Virus record (IMG/VR): IMGVR_UViG_3300015607_001184
Span: 4,082 to 68,081 of that record
Direction: 5' to 3' (one strand)
Source of the DNA: a virus
Lineage: Duplodnaviria; Caudoviricetes
Length of the DNA: 64,000 nucleotides
Shown: positions 7,796 through 16,973 of the stretch, in pieces
How the letters are laid out: every line of letters starts with the position of its first letter
How positions within the stretch are numbered: the stretch's first letter is position 1
Position numbers and translations under genes: made by a program
The notes under the pieces: model-generated
Databases searched by the model: none
The model's input: the letters and a program-made list of their open reading frames with translations, nothing else
Told to the model about the DNA's origin: nothing

Positions 7796-9467
7796 TCTCG
7801 GCAAGGGCATGAGGGACAGGGCTCGCCGCCTGACGGCTGACGAGAAGACCTCCGGAATGGTGACGGGGCCGGTGTGGGATAGCGAGGAGCCTGCTGGCCA
7901 GATGCCGAGCCGCTCCAAGTTCGCTCATGGCGGCAAGATCGCGATGGGCAAGAATGCAGCCAAGCGGCTTGACCAGTACGCCCGGGGCGGCGCGGTGAAG
8001 CGCAAGACCGGAAAGACCACGATCAACATCATCATCGGCGACAAGCAGGCCGCGCCACCGGCGCCACCGGCTGCCGTCGTGCCCCCTCCGATGCCTCCGA
8101 TGGCGCCGCCGATGGCGCCCCCCATTGACCCGACTGGCGGAGCCGGTCCCGGACCAGCAGCAATGCCGCCCGTCGGCCCGATGAATCGCGGAGGCTCCGT
8201 CGGCTTCAAGAAGGGCGGATGCGTGCGCCCCGGGCGCGCCTTCGGCGGGCGCACCGAGATCCGCTCGCAGGGGTCAGACCCGGAACCCGGAAAGAAGCAC
8301 CACAAGATTTCTGCCGCCAGCGCGCGTGGCCGCAAGGGCCTGAAGACAGGCGGATGCGCCGAACCTGACGCCGACGACCGACCGGCCCGCGTCAAGCGCT
8401 ACGCCGGTGGCCGTGTCGGCTATGACAGCGGCGGCGTTCTCATGGATGGGCCGCAGGAGGGCTACTACGAAGCCCCGGCATGGCTGCGCTGGCTGATGGG
8501 GCGCGGCGCGCAGGCCGCGCCGCAGGTCAACACCCGCGCCCCCTACCACGACACCGTCTATGACGCCCCTCCGCCGCCGCGCCCGCAGTACCTGCCGGAG
8601 AACTCGATGCGCCCGAGGCCCCCCACCATGCAGGGGCCTCAGACGGCGGTTCAGATGGCGGCCATCCGCGCTGCGCAGGAGGAGATGCTCCGCCGCGCTG
8701 CGGTCGCTGCCGCCGCCGCTAGGCAGCCGCCGCTGCCGTTGCGCCGCCCTGCTGACCTAGCGGCCAGCCCGTCCTTCATGCAGCGCTTCGTGTCTGGTCA
8801 GTGGACGGCACCGCAGATCGACACCGCGCGCACCTTCGCGCATGGCGGTCGCGTCGGGCGGGCTTTCGGTGGCCCGATGGGCTTCCCCGCCTCGGCGCAG
8901 TCCTCGTCCTCGTCCTCCACGTCGGCCTCGGCTGGCGGCGGGAACTGGGGCGGTGGATTCAGCAGACCGGCTCCGCAGATGCCGCAGGCCCCGCAGATGC
9001 CGCAGTACCAGCTGCAGGCTCCTCCGGGCTTCACCATGCAGAACATACCGACGCCTCCGGGCTGGACCGGACCGCAGATGCAGGCCCCGGTGTGGAACGG
9101 AATGCAAATTCCTCCGCAGATGCAGACGCCGCCGCAGATGCCGCAGATGTCCGCTCCGGGGCAGGGCGCCGTGCCAACGGGCGACCCGCAGGGCACGCCC
9201 ACGCAGGCCCAGCAGTTCGCCCAGCAGCTGATGGGCGGAGGGCGCAACTTTGCCCAGCAGGCCATGGCGCGCTGGGGGCAGGGCGCTCCGGGCATGGGCG
9301 CTGGGCGCTGGGGCGGCGGGCCCGGAAACTGGCACCGCCAGAGCGAAGTGCAGGGGTCTGGGGCGGCCCCGGGCGGGTTCAAGAAGGGCGGTGCCGTCCA
9401 CATGACCGCCGGATCCCGCAGCGGAGAGGGGCGGCTGCAGAAGGTGAAGCTGCAAAAAGGGTGCTGA
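7788..9467 (+). CDS. Low-complexity Pro/Gly/Gln/Met-rich protein with 11 xxxGG motifs, probable internal virion protein
   Basis: ATG 7788 with GGAG upstream, overlapping previous stop; composition and position in head module. Confidence 0.6.
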   Translation: MADLGKGMRDRARRLTADEKTSGMVTGPVWDSEEPAGQMPSRSKFAHGGKIAMGKNAAKRLDQYARGGAVKRKTGKTTINIIIGDKQAAPPAPPAAVVPPPMPPMAPPMAPPIDPTGGAGPGPAAMPPVGPMNRGGSVGFKKGGCVRPGRAFGGRTEIRSQGSDPEPGKKHHKISAASARGRKGLKTGGCAEPDADDRPARVKRYAGGRVGYDSGGVLMDGPQEGYYEAPAWLRWLMGRGAQAAPQVNTRAPYHDTVYDAPPPPRPQYLPENSMRPRPPTMQGPQTAVQMAAIRAAQEEMLRRAAVAAAAARQPPLPLRRPADLAASPSFMQRFVSGQWTAPQIDTARTFAHGGRVGRAFGGPMGFPASAQSSSSSSTSASAGGGNWGGGFSRPAPQMPQAPQMPQYQLQAPPGFTMQNIPTPPGWTGPQMQAPVWNGMQIPPQMQTPPQMPQMSAPGQGAVPTGDPQGTPTQAQQFAQQLMGGGRNFAQQAMARWGQGAPGMGAGRWGGGPGNWHRQSEVQGSGAAPGGFKKGGAVHMTAGSRSGEGRLQKVKLQKGC

Positions 9468-9671
9468 TTGATCACAGTCGACATTCGCTTCAGGCAGCTG
9501 CTTGAGCGGAGAATCGCCTCCCTTGTTGAGGAGGTGCGAGACAAGTTGGAGGCCGGTCTGCAGGAGAAGGAGTATCTCCAGCAGGTCGGCTTCTTGCGTG
9601 CTCTGAGGATGCTCTCAGAGGAAGACGGCCTTCTCGACGAAATCGAGACGGAGATACTGGAGGGAAGATGA
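9468..9671 (+). CDS. Hypothetical helical protein
   Basis: Fills gap between adjacent genes, coupled stop/start, protein-like composition. Confidence 0.65.
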   Translation: MITVDIRFRQLLERRIASLVEEVRDKLEAGLQEKEYLQQVGFLRALRMLSEEDGLLDEIETEILEGR

Positions 9672-10099
9672 GCGAAGTTTACGAGATAGGTGGCGGCGCC
9701 ATGCGCAAGGCCACGATGAAGATGCACCACGATGTCGATCCCAAGAAGGATCTTCTGGACAGGATTGGAGACATCAGTGAGATGGAATTGTTCCATAACC
9801 TGATCCTCGTCGCCATGTACGTCCGGCCGGAGAAGACGGCATCTGGCATCCACCTGCCCAATTCGGTCCGCAAGGAAGACGAGTATCAGGGCAAGGTCGG
9901 CCTCGTCCTGAAGGTCGGGCCGATGGCGTTCGTGGACGACGCGGTGAACTCGTTCGGCGGCATCAAGGTGTCGCCGGGGGAATGGGTAACCTTCCGCACG
10001 TCGGACGGCTTCCAGATCACCATCAACGGGGTGCTGTGCCGGATGCTGCAGGACTCGCACATCAAGACGCGCATTCCTGATCCAGACTACGTGTTCTAG
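9668..10099 (+). CDS. groES: GroES-like co-chaperonin
   Basis: PEKTASGIHLP mobile loop, GLVLKVGP, VSPGEWVTF..SDG, RMLQDSHI. Confidence 0.85.
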   Translation: MSEVYEIGGGAMRKATMKMHHDVDPKKDLLDRIGDISEMELFHNLILVAMYVRPEKTASGIHLPNSVRKEDEYQGKVGLVLKVGPMAFVDDAVNSFGGIKVSPGEWVTFRTSDGFQITINGVLCRMLQDSHIKTRIPDPDYVF

Positions 10100-10103
10100 T
10101 TTC

Positions 10104-10574
10104 ATGAACAATATCAAAGACCTACTAATCTACGAACCGGTCACTGGCTGCCTTATCTGGAAAGTAGACAGAAACTGGCGAGTCAAGGCAGGGGATAGGG
10201 CTGGCTGCATCAACGCGGCCGGTTATCGGGTGGTATTTGTTTTTGGTGGTCCGAAATTGGAGCACAGGTTGGCTTGGGAGTTGCATTACGGGGAACCGCC
10301 CCCGGGATCCTTGGATCACGTCAATGGCGACCGAACGGACAACCGCATTGCCAACCTACGTGTCGCCACGCACGCCCAGAATATGCAGAACAAGCGCCCG
10401 TGGAGCCGCACTGGCTTCAAGGGCGTGAAGCGCGCCAAGTCTGGGCGGTATGAGGCCTCCATTCAGCGTGAATACCTCGGGGTGTTCGACACCCCCGAAG
10501 CGGCCCACGCTGCCTATTCCGCCGAGGCAAAGCGGCGGTTCGGAGACTATGCAGGAGGACTGCATGTCCAGTGA
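10104..10574 (+). CDS. HNH homing endonuclease with AP2-like C-terminus
   Basis: HRLAW..HYG, LDHVNGDRTDNRIANLR, GFKGV, YLGVFDTPEAAHAAY; lower GC than neighbours. Confidence 0.9.
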   Translation: MNNIKDLLIYEPVTGCLIWKVDRNWRVKAGDRAGCINAAGYRVVFVFGGPKLEHRLAWELHYGEPPPGSLDHVNGDRTDNRIANLRVATHAQNMQNKRPWSRTGFKGVKRAKSGRYEASIQREYLGVFDTPEAAHAAYSAEAKRRFGDYAGGLHVQ

Positions 10575-11505
10575 AGACACTGCATTAGACGAACGTCCTG
10601 CCATGGAGGTCACCATTGGCGAGGACAAGGAAAAGCCCAACGTCCGGCACATCGACGACGATGGAGGGCTTGAGCTGCGCGTGAAGCGCGGCGAAGACAA
10701 GGTGGACGGCGCCGAGGAGCTGCGGCAGCAGCTGGAGACGGAACGCCGGGCCCGTGAGGCGGCCGAGCGCCGGGCCAATGAGGTCGAGACAGGCTTCGCA
10801 GCCGAGCGCCAGAACGTCCAGATGGGGCGCATGGCGGCGGATTACCGCGAGGTGTCGACAGCACTGGACGCCATCAACGTCAAGACAGAGGACGCCGCCC
10901 GGCGCTATCAGGAGGCCTTGGAGCAGGGCGATTTTCAGGTCGCCGCGAAGGTGCAGGTCGAGATCGCCGAGCTGGCGGCAGACAAGCGGGACGCAGAGCG
11001 CTTCAAGTACAAGGTCGAGAGAGCCATCGAGCAGGCGAATAGGCAGCCGCCGGAAGCGCGTCAGCAGCCGAAGCAGACCGGAGACACTCTGGAAGACGCT
11101 CTGGCGCAGATGTCGAAGCCGACTGCGGACTGGCTGCGCAAGAATCCCGAATACGTCACGGATCCGCGCAAGAATGCGCTCGCCATGTCGGCGCACCACG
11201 CCGCTCTGGCGGAGGGCATCCTGCCGGATTCGGGTCCCTACTTCGCCTTCATCGAGGAGCGCCTCGGCATGCGCGACGGCAATGAGAAGCAGGAGCGCCC
11301 CCGGGCGCGCGTCGTCGAGCGGGAGGCCCCGGTGGCAGCGCCGGTGAGCAATCGGGCGACATCGTCCTCGGTAGGCATCGCCCAGCAGCGGGTGACGCTG
11401 ACGCGGGCGGAGGTCGAGTTCTGCAATCTGAACGACATCGACCCGGAAGTTTACGCCAAGGAAAAGGTCCAGCTGGCGGCTGAGGGCCGTCTGGGAGTGC
11501 GCTGA
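10564..11505 (+). CDS. Capsid scaffolding protein
   Basis: ATG 10564 after GGAGG; acidic coiled coil, APVAAPVS linker, C-terminal LTRAE....YAKEK helix; upstream of capsid genes. Confidence 0.75.
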   Translation: MSSEDTALDERPAMEVTIGEDKEKPNVRHIDDDGGLELRVKRGEDKVDGAEELRQQLETERRAREAAERRANEVETGFAAERQNVQMGRMAADYREVSTALDAINVKTEDAARRYQEALEQGDFQVAAKVQVEIAELAADKRDAERFKYKVERAIEQANRQPPEARQQPKQTGDTLEDALAQMSKPTADWLRKNPEYVTDPRKNALAMSAHHAALAEGILPDSGPYFAFIEERLGMRDGNEKQERPRARVVEREAPVAAPVSNRATSSSVGIAQQRVTLTRAEVEFCNLNDIDPEVYAKEKVQLAAEGRLGVR

Positions 11506-11506
11506 C

Positions 11507-12088
11507 ATGAGCGACAACATCAACCGCGCCGCCGGGCGCCGCCCGAACCCGCTCGCCGCCCGCATGCGGGAAAGCGACATCCGCGAGGATGATGTCCGCA
11601 TGACGGGGACCCACAAGGTCGCCACAGACCGCATGGGGCGCCCCGTGGTCCGCAAGCGGCTGTCCTCGATGGACCGCTACTACGTCAACCCGGACCGCAT
11701 CGAGAAGGGCTGGTCCTACGAGTGGAAGCGCTGGTCGGTCTTCAATCAGGAAGACCCGTCCTACATGATCTCCCTGCAGGAGAACGGCTGGACGCCGGTC
11801 CCCGCCGAGCGCCACCCGGAGCTGGTCCCGAACGGCGTCGGAGGCGATTCCGCGATCATCCGCGATGGCATGATTCTGATGGAACGTCCTGCAATCTTGA
11901 CAGAAGAGGCAAAACAAGAAGACATAGACATCGCGCGCGGCATGATTCGCGAGAAGCAGCGCCAGTTGGGGGAAGCCCCCAACGGAACGCTTCCGCGAGA
12001 TGTGCATCGCGATACCGCGCCCCGCCTGAAGCGCGGTTACGAGGCGATCCCGGTCCCCGACGACGCGGACCAGCCCCTCGACCAGTAA
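11507..12088 (+). CDS. Conserved head-module protein
   Basis: WSYEWKR, NGWTPVPAERHPE, GMILMERP; lies between scaffold and capsid genes. Confidence 0.65.
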   Translation: MSDNINRAAGRRPNPLAARMRESDIREDDVRMTGTHKVATDRMGRPVVRKRLSSMDRYYVNPDRIEKGWSYEWKRWSVFNQEDPSYMISLQENGWTPVPAERHPELVPNGVGGDSAIIRDGMILMERPAILTEEAKQEDIDIARGMIREKQRQLGEAPNGTLPRDVHRDTAPRLKRGYEAIPVPDDADQPLDQ

Positions 12089-12180
12089 GGCACCAAACGC
12101 CTCCACGCGCCGTGGCGGCTCCCATCCCTGACCGAGGCTCCCCACGCCGGGGCGCGTAGGTCACCGATCAGGAGCGCGCC

Positions 12181-12771
12181 ATGCCCAATACGCAGGCCCC
12201 CTTCGGTTTCCAGCACATCGGCTATCTGGAGGGGGCTGCCCCCACCAGCGGCAACGCTGTGCGCAAGATCGCCTCCAACTACAACACGGCGATCTATTTT
12301 GGTGACCCCGTCGTTTCCGTCTCTACCGGCTACATCCAGCGCGCCGCTGCAGGCACGACCCAGATCGCTGGCATCTTCATCGGGTGCAAGTATCTGTCGA
12401 CCTCGCAGGGCCGCACCATCTGGATGCGCTACTGGCCCGGCTCTGACGCCGCAGCCGATGTCGAGGCCTACATCATCAACAGCCCGCAGGCGCTGTTTCA
12501 GGTGCAGGCGGGCGGCGCGGCGACGGCCATCGGCTTCGCCGACATCAACGCGAACGCCAACTTCGGCCTCGGTACGGGCAATGCCACGACCGGCCAGTCG
12601 GGCGCGTTCCTCGACCAGACCACCCTCGGCACGACCACGACGCACCCCTTCAGGGTCGTCGACATCGTGACGTTCCCCTCCGGTGCCAACGGTACGGACG
12701 CTGCTTCTGCCTACAATTTCGTCATCGTGACGTTCAACTGGCAGGACTTCAAGTCCACGACCGGTATCTGA
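12181..12771 (+). CDS. Probable capsid decoration/cement protein
   Basis: NTQAPFGF start, IYFGDPV, G..AGIFIGC; RBS AGGAG; immediately upstream of MCP. Confidence 0.7.
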   Translation: MPNTQAPFGFQHIGYLEGAAPTSGNAVRKIASNYNTAIYFGDPVVSVSTGYIQRAAAGTTQIAGIFIGCKYLSTSQGRTIWMRYWPGSDAAADVEAYIINSPQALFQVQAGGAATAIGFADINANANFGLGTGNATTGQSGAFLDQTTLGTTTTHPFRVVDIVTFPSGANGTDAASAYNFVIVTFNWQDFKSTTGI

Positions 12772-12789
12772 TCTGAGGAGATCTGAACC

Positions 12790-13704
12790 ATGGCTGTCAA
12801 TCTTTCTGCCATCAAGGATCTCCTCCTCCCCGGCCTTCGCGGCATCACGGGGAAGTACGACCAGATCCCGACCCAGTACGACAAGCTCTTCGAGAAGTCG
12901 AAGTCGAACATGGCTCTGGAGCGCACCGCTGAGATGCGCTACCTCGGCCTCGCTGCCCTGAAGAACGAGGGCGGCCAGACCTACTTCGACAACAACGCCG
13001 GTGAGCGCTTCGTCTACAATCAGGAGCACACCGAGCTGGGTCTTGGCTACGCGATCACTCGCAAGGCCATCGACGACAACCTCTACAAGACCCAGTTCAA
13101 GCCGTCGAACCTTGGCCTGATGGAGTCCTTCGTGCAGACGAAGGAGATCCTCGGCGCCTCGATCTTCAACACGGCGACGACCTACAACTCCTCCTTCGGC
13201 GGCGACGGCAAGGCCCTGCTGGCGACGGACCACCCCATCGACGGCGGCACGTTCGCCAACAAGCCCACGACCGAGGTCGACCTCAACGAGGCCACCCTCC
13301 TGAACGGCATGCTGGCGATCCGCCAGAACATGAAGGATCAGGCGGGCCTCAAGATGTACGCCCGGGCGCGTAAGCTTGTGGTTCCTGTCGCTCTTGAGCC
13401 GGTTGCTGTACGTCTTACCAAGACTGAACTGCGCCCCGGCACTGCCGATAATGATGTCAATGCAATCCGCAGCGTATCGGGAGGCCTTCCCGAAGGTTAT
13501 ATCGTCTGCGATTTCTTGACGTCTAACTTCGCTTGGTTCCTTCTCACTACGGTGAAGGGGCTGATTTACATGGAGCGCGTAGCATTCGAAATGGACATGC
13601 AAGTGGACTTCACGACAGATAACCTGTTGGTGAAGGGCTACGAGCGGTACAGCTTCGGCTACTACAACCCGCGCGCTCTCTGGGGAACTTTTCCGACATC
13701 TTAG
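12790..13704 (+). CDS. Major capsid protein (Mu gpT-like family)
   Basis: LLLPGL, LGYAITRKAIDDNLY, GDGKALLATDHP, DLNEATL, KLVVPVALE, DFTTDNLLVKGYERYSFG; RBS GAGGAG; strong codon bias. Confidence 0.92.
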   Translation: MAVNLSAIKDLLLPGLRGITGKYDQIPTQYDKLFEKSKSNMALERTAEMRYLGLAALKNEGGQTYFDNNAGERFVYNQEHTELGLGYAITRKAIDDNLYKTQFKPSNLGLMESFVQTKEILGASIFNTATTYNSSFGGDGKALLATDHPIDGGTFANKPTTEVDLNEATLLNGMLAIRQNMKDQAGLKMYARARKLVVPVALEPVAVRLTKTELRPGTADNDVNAIRSVSGGLPEGYIVCDFLTSNFAWFLLTTVKGLIYMERVAFEMDMQVDFTTDNLLVKGYERYSFGYYNPRALWGTFPTS

Positions 13705-13727
13705 ACTGTAGAACAGGTTCCCCTCCA

Positions 13728-14228
13728 ATGCTCAATGCAGATCACCTCCGCAGCCTTCTGGACTACGACCGGGCCACGGGCGTCTTCGTGTGGAAGATGC
13801 CCGCTGGCCGCTACGGTCGCATTCCGGCTGGGACGCGCGCAGGCAGCTACACGAGCGCCGAGGGGTATGGCTACGTCACGATTGCGGGAAAGAGCTACCG
13901 CCTTTCCCGCCTCGCGTGGCTCTACGTCCATGGCGAGTGGCCGAAAGATCAGATCGACCACGTCAATGGCGATCCTTCCGACGACCGCATCGCCAACCTG
14001 CGCGAAGCGACACAGTTCCAGAACAAGGCGAATTGCAGGCGCTACGCCAACAATACGTCAGGGTTCAAGGGCGTCTCGCTCGACCGGTCAAAGGGCCTCT
14101 ACAGGGCCTACACGAACAAAGATGGCCGCCGGGTCTATCTCGGCCGCTATCGCACCCCTGAAGAGGCTCACGCGGCCTACGCCGCTGCGGCCATGTCCAT
14201 TCACCGCGATTTCGCGAGGTTCACATGA
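13728..14228 (+). CDS. HNH homing endonuclease with AP2-like C-terminus
   Basis: RLAWLYVHGEWP, IDHVNGDPSDDRIANLR, NNTSGFKGV, YLGRY.TPEEAHAAY. Confidence 0.9.
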   Translation: MLNADHLRSLLDYDRATGVFVWKMPAGRYGRIPAGTRAGSYTSAEGYGYVTIAGKSYRLSRLAWLYVHGEWPKDQIDHVNGDPSDDRIANLREATQFQNKANCRRYANNTSGFKGVSLDRSKGLYRAYTNKDGRRVYLGRYRTPEEAHAAYAAAAMSIHRDFARFT

Positions 14229-15124
14229 CCGTCACTGCTCTGCAGGGTCCGGTCGTCGCCTACGGGAGCGACGTTCCGGACTACAACCCGGATCTCGGCC
14301 CGTCCCTCTTCTGGGGCGGCGTCGGGATCATGGACCCCCGGTTCGCATGGCGTCCGGGCTCGTCCCGCACGGCTGTGGGCTGGCTCGGCTCCGACATGCC
14401 GATGGTCATCGACGCTGTCCCGTCGGCGATCTCGGCCACCAACATCGCGACCGCGCAGGTCCCGGTGGCGGGCACGGCGCTCACCTTGACGGCGGGCACC
14501 GGTATCACCTCCGGCGTCACGCTGACCAACCAGCTGACGGGCCTCAATGTCACGGTCCTCGCCATCGACACGGCGATGACCCCGGTCAATCTGGCCACGG
14601 CTGTCGTGGGTCAGGCTGGCCAGATCGGCATGTGGGACCCGACCAAGGCCATTGCCCGCAACGTCAGGATCACGTCGGTCGGCAACGACTCGGCGGCGAC
14701 CTTCTCGGTGCGCGGCTATGACCTCTACGGCTTCCCGGTGTGGGAGACGATCACTGGCGCCAACGCTGGCGTCGCGTCGGGCGTCAAGGCCTTCAAGTAC
14801 ATCTCTTCCATCGTCCCCGCTGGCACCCTCTCGGGCTCCAACGTGACGGTCGGAACCGGTGACGTGATCGGCCTGCCTCTGGTGTCGACCCGCTTTCAGG
14901 ATCTGCAGATCTACTTCAACGCAGCCCTGATCTCGGCGACCACCGGCTACACGGCGGCGGTGACCACCAACCCGGCGACTGCGGTCACCGGCGACGTGCG
15001 TGGCACCTATGCCCTGCAGACGGCTTCGGACGGCACCCGTCGTCTTCAGGTGAAGATCCAGATCACCCCGGCGAAGCTGGCCTCCACGGCGGCTCTCTAC
15101 GGCGTGACCCAGTTCAGCGCCTGA
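14225..15124 (+). CDS. Virion structural protein
   Basis: TALQGPV start, Thr/Gly/Ala-rich beta composition, strong codon bias, follows MCP. Confidence 0.65.
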   Translation: MTVTALQGPVVAYGSDVPDYNPDLGPSLFWGGVGIMDPRFAWRPGSSRTAVGWLGSDMPMVIDAVPSAISATNIATAQVPVAGTALTLTAGTGITSGVTLTNQLTGLNVTVLAIDTAMTPVNLATAVVGQAGQIGMWDPTKAIARNVRITSVGNDSAATFSVRGYDLYGFPVWETITGANAGVASGVKAFKYISSIVPAGTLSGSNVTVGTGDVIGLPLVSTRFQDLQIYFNAALISATTGYTAAVTTNPATAVTGDVRGTYALQTASDGTRRLQVKIQITPAKLASTAALYGVTQFSA

Positions 15125-15135
15125 GGAGGATCGTC

Positions 15136-15381
15136 ATGAAGGGTCGCAAGGGGTCGCATCCGGCGAAGGCTCGCCTTGGGAACAAGGTCCACGCCCCGCA
15201 CGGAGACGGCAAGCAGCCGCCGTTCTCGGACGCCCCCGCCGCGCGTGGCAAGGTCACGCCGACGGAGGTCCCGATGCTCGGCAAGATCAGCGCCATGCGG
15301 CTCGACCGGCCCGGGCGGAAGCGGGGAGGGGCCTGCGGCTCCGAGCTGTCGCCGCTCTCCATGGCCGCCAAGAGCATCTGA
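15136..15381 (+). CDS. Small basic protein with RKRGG motif, possible core/internal protein
   Basis: RBS GAGGAGG; K/R/P/G-rich; carries one xxxGG motif. Confidence 0.6.
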   Translation: MKGRKGSHPAKARLGNKVHAPHGDGKQPPFSDAPAARGKVTPTEVPMLGKISAMRLDRPGRKRGGACGSELSPLSMAAKSI

Positions 15382-15415
15382 GATGGCCCACGGGCCGTCT
15401 CTCCACCACCACGAT

Positions 15416-15443
15416 GGGCGGCCTGACCAGCCGCCCGTTTCGT
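15416..15443 (+). terminator. Possible weak intrinsic terminator/hairpin
   Basis: GGGCGGC-CTGACCA-GCCGCCC followed by GTTTCGT; second hairpin GATGGCCC-AC-GGGCCGTC just upstream. Confidence 0.35.
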
Positions 15444-15457
15444 AAGGATCGGGCCTC

Positions 15458-15769
15458 ATGGCGAACCCTATCATCCTGTCGGTCACCGGCGTGGGCAACT
15501 CGCAGTGGATCATGCCGGACTGGCGCGCGGTGCCGTTCGCCGTGGCGCTCAATGTCTACGTCAGCGGCACGATCACCTACACCGTGCAGGACACGCCGGA
15601 CGACTGCATGGTCGGCACACCGTCGAACATCAACAACCACCCGACGCTGGCCGCGCTCTCGGCGCAGGCCACCGGCAACTACGCCTTCCCGGTGCGAGGC
15701 ATACGCCTGAACACCTCGGCAGGGTCAGGTACGGCCACTCTCATCATCGTGCAGGGAGAAGCGATATGA
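15458..15769 (+). CDS. Small beta-rich virion structural protein
   Basis: ITYTVQDTPDD, PVRGIRLN..GSGTATLIIVQ; RBS AAGGA. Confidence 0.65.
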   Translation: MANPIILSVTGVGNSQWIMPDWRAVPFAVALNVYVSGTITYTVQDTPDDCMVGTPSNINNHPTLAALSAQATGNYAFPVRGIRLNTSAGSGTATLIIVQGEAI

Positions 15770-16362
15770 GCCTGTCGGCTGACACGGGCATCTCGCCCGA
15801 CCTGCTTCTGGTGGCCAAGGGCGGCGATGCCTTTGCCGAACGCCTTACCCAGCTGGATGCGGCCAAGAGCGAGGCAGTGGCCGCGTTCGAAGCCCTGCGT
15901 ATCGGCAACGATGCGAAGGCGGCGTGGGACGAGGCGAACGCCGCCAAGGCGGAGATCAAGGCCAAACGCGAGAAGGCGCAGGCTGACATTGACGAAATGC
16001 TGCAGATAGCCCGCGCCCAGTGCGACACCATGCGCCACGAGGCGGGTCTAGTTGTCGCAGACGCCGCGCAGCGCGCCAAGGAGACGGCAGCGGAGGCCGA
16101 TGCCGCCCTCGCCGACGCCAAGGCCGAAGCCGCCCAGATCGTCAAGGACGCCAAGGCGAAGGCCATGGAGGCCGGGCGCAAGGCCAAGGCGGCGGAGGAG
16201 GCCAAGGCCATCTACGAGGAGCAGACGGCTGCCGCAGAGGCCGCCATCGCCGCCGCGCAGGCCTCGCAGGCCAAGTACGACGCCCTCGTGAAGAAGCTGA
16301 TGGACCACATCACCGACACGCTCATGGCCGAGCAGCAGCCGGAGGCGCCCGATGCGCAGTGA
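15766..16362 (+). CDS. Ala/Lys/Glu-rich coiled-coil protein
   Basis: ATG 15766 overlaps previous stop, GGAGA RBS; heptad-like composition. Confidence 0.65.
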   Translation: MSLSADTGISPDLLLVAKGGDAFAERLTQLDAAKSEAVAAFEALRIGNDAKAAWDEANAAKAEIKAKREKAQADIDEMLQIARAQCDTMRHEAGLVVADAAQRAKETAAEADAALADAKAEAAQIVKDAKAKAMEAGRKAKAAEEAKAIYEEQTAAAEAAIAAAQASQAKYDALVKKLMDHITDTLMAEQQPEAPDAQ

Positions 16363-16960
16363 GATCTATATCATCGGCGCCCCGGACAGCGGCGGCGTCG
16401 TCGACACGCTGCACGTCACGGACGCCTGCTCCGCCCAGATGATCATGGGCGGCGTGATGGCCGAGTCCATCGGCAAGATCCGGGGCTTCTTCACGGCGCA
16501 GCACATTCGCGATGGCGAGGTGATCTGGGAAGACGTGATCCACAATCTGGTCACGACGGTCGGCAAGAACCTCGTCCTCGACGCGGTGTTTGCTGTCGCT
16601 TCCTCGGGCTCCGTCTTCATGGGCCTGAAGGGCACCGGCTCGGCGGTCGTCGGCGACACGCAGGCCTCGCACGCAGGCTGGAACGAAGTTGGCTCTGCCA
16701 ACGCTCCGACCTACTCCGGAACCCGCAAGACGCCGACCTTCTCCGCAGCATCCGGATCGTCGAAGACCACGTCCTCGGCGGTGGCCTTCACTTTCACCGG
16801 CTCCGGCACCGTGGCGGGCTGCTTCATCAACGTGGGCGGCACGTCGGCCATCGACAACACCACGGGCACGCTGTTCAGCGCTGGCGACTTCTCGGGCGGC
16901 TCCCGCACCGTGGCCTCTTCGGATGTAATCAACGTCACCTATACCGTAACCATCACCTGA
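16352..16960 (+). CDS. Tail-associated structural protein
   Basis: NLVTTVGKN, TGTLFSAGDF..RTV..SDVINVTY pattern common in phage tail modules. Confidence 0.65.
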   Translation: MRSEIYIIGAPDSGGVVDTLHVTDACSAQMIMGGVMAESIGKIRGFFTAQHIRDGEVIWEDVIHNLVTTVGKNLVLDAVFAVASSGSVFMGLKGTGSAVVGDTQASHAGWNEVGSANAPTYSGTRKTPTFSAASGSSKTTSSAVAFTFTGSGTVAGCFINVGGTSAIDNTTGTLFSAGDFSGGSRTVASSDVINVTYTVTIT

Positions 16961-16973
16961 CGAGGGCTCGCCC

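Noticed and set aside
15766-16362. Tape measure protein call for the Ala-rich coiled coil
   Set aside because: Only 198 aa, and no tail tube or terminator genes are recognisable.
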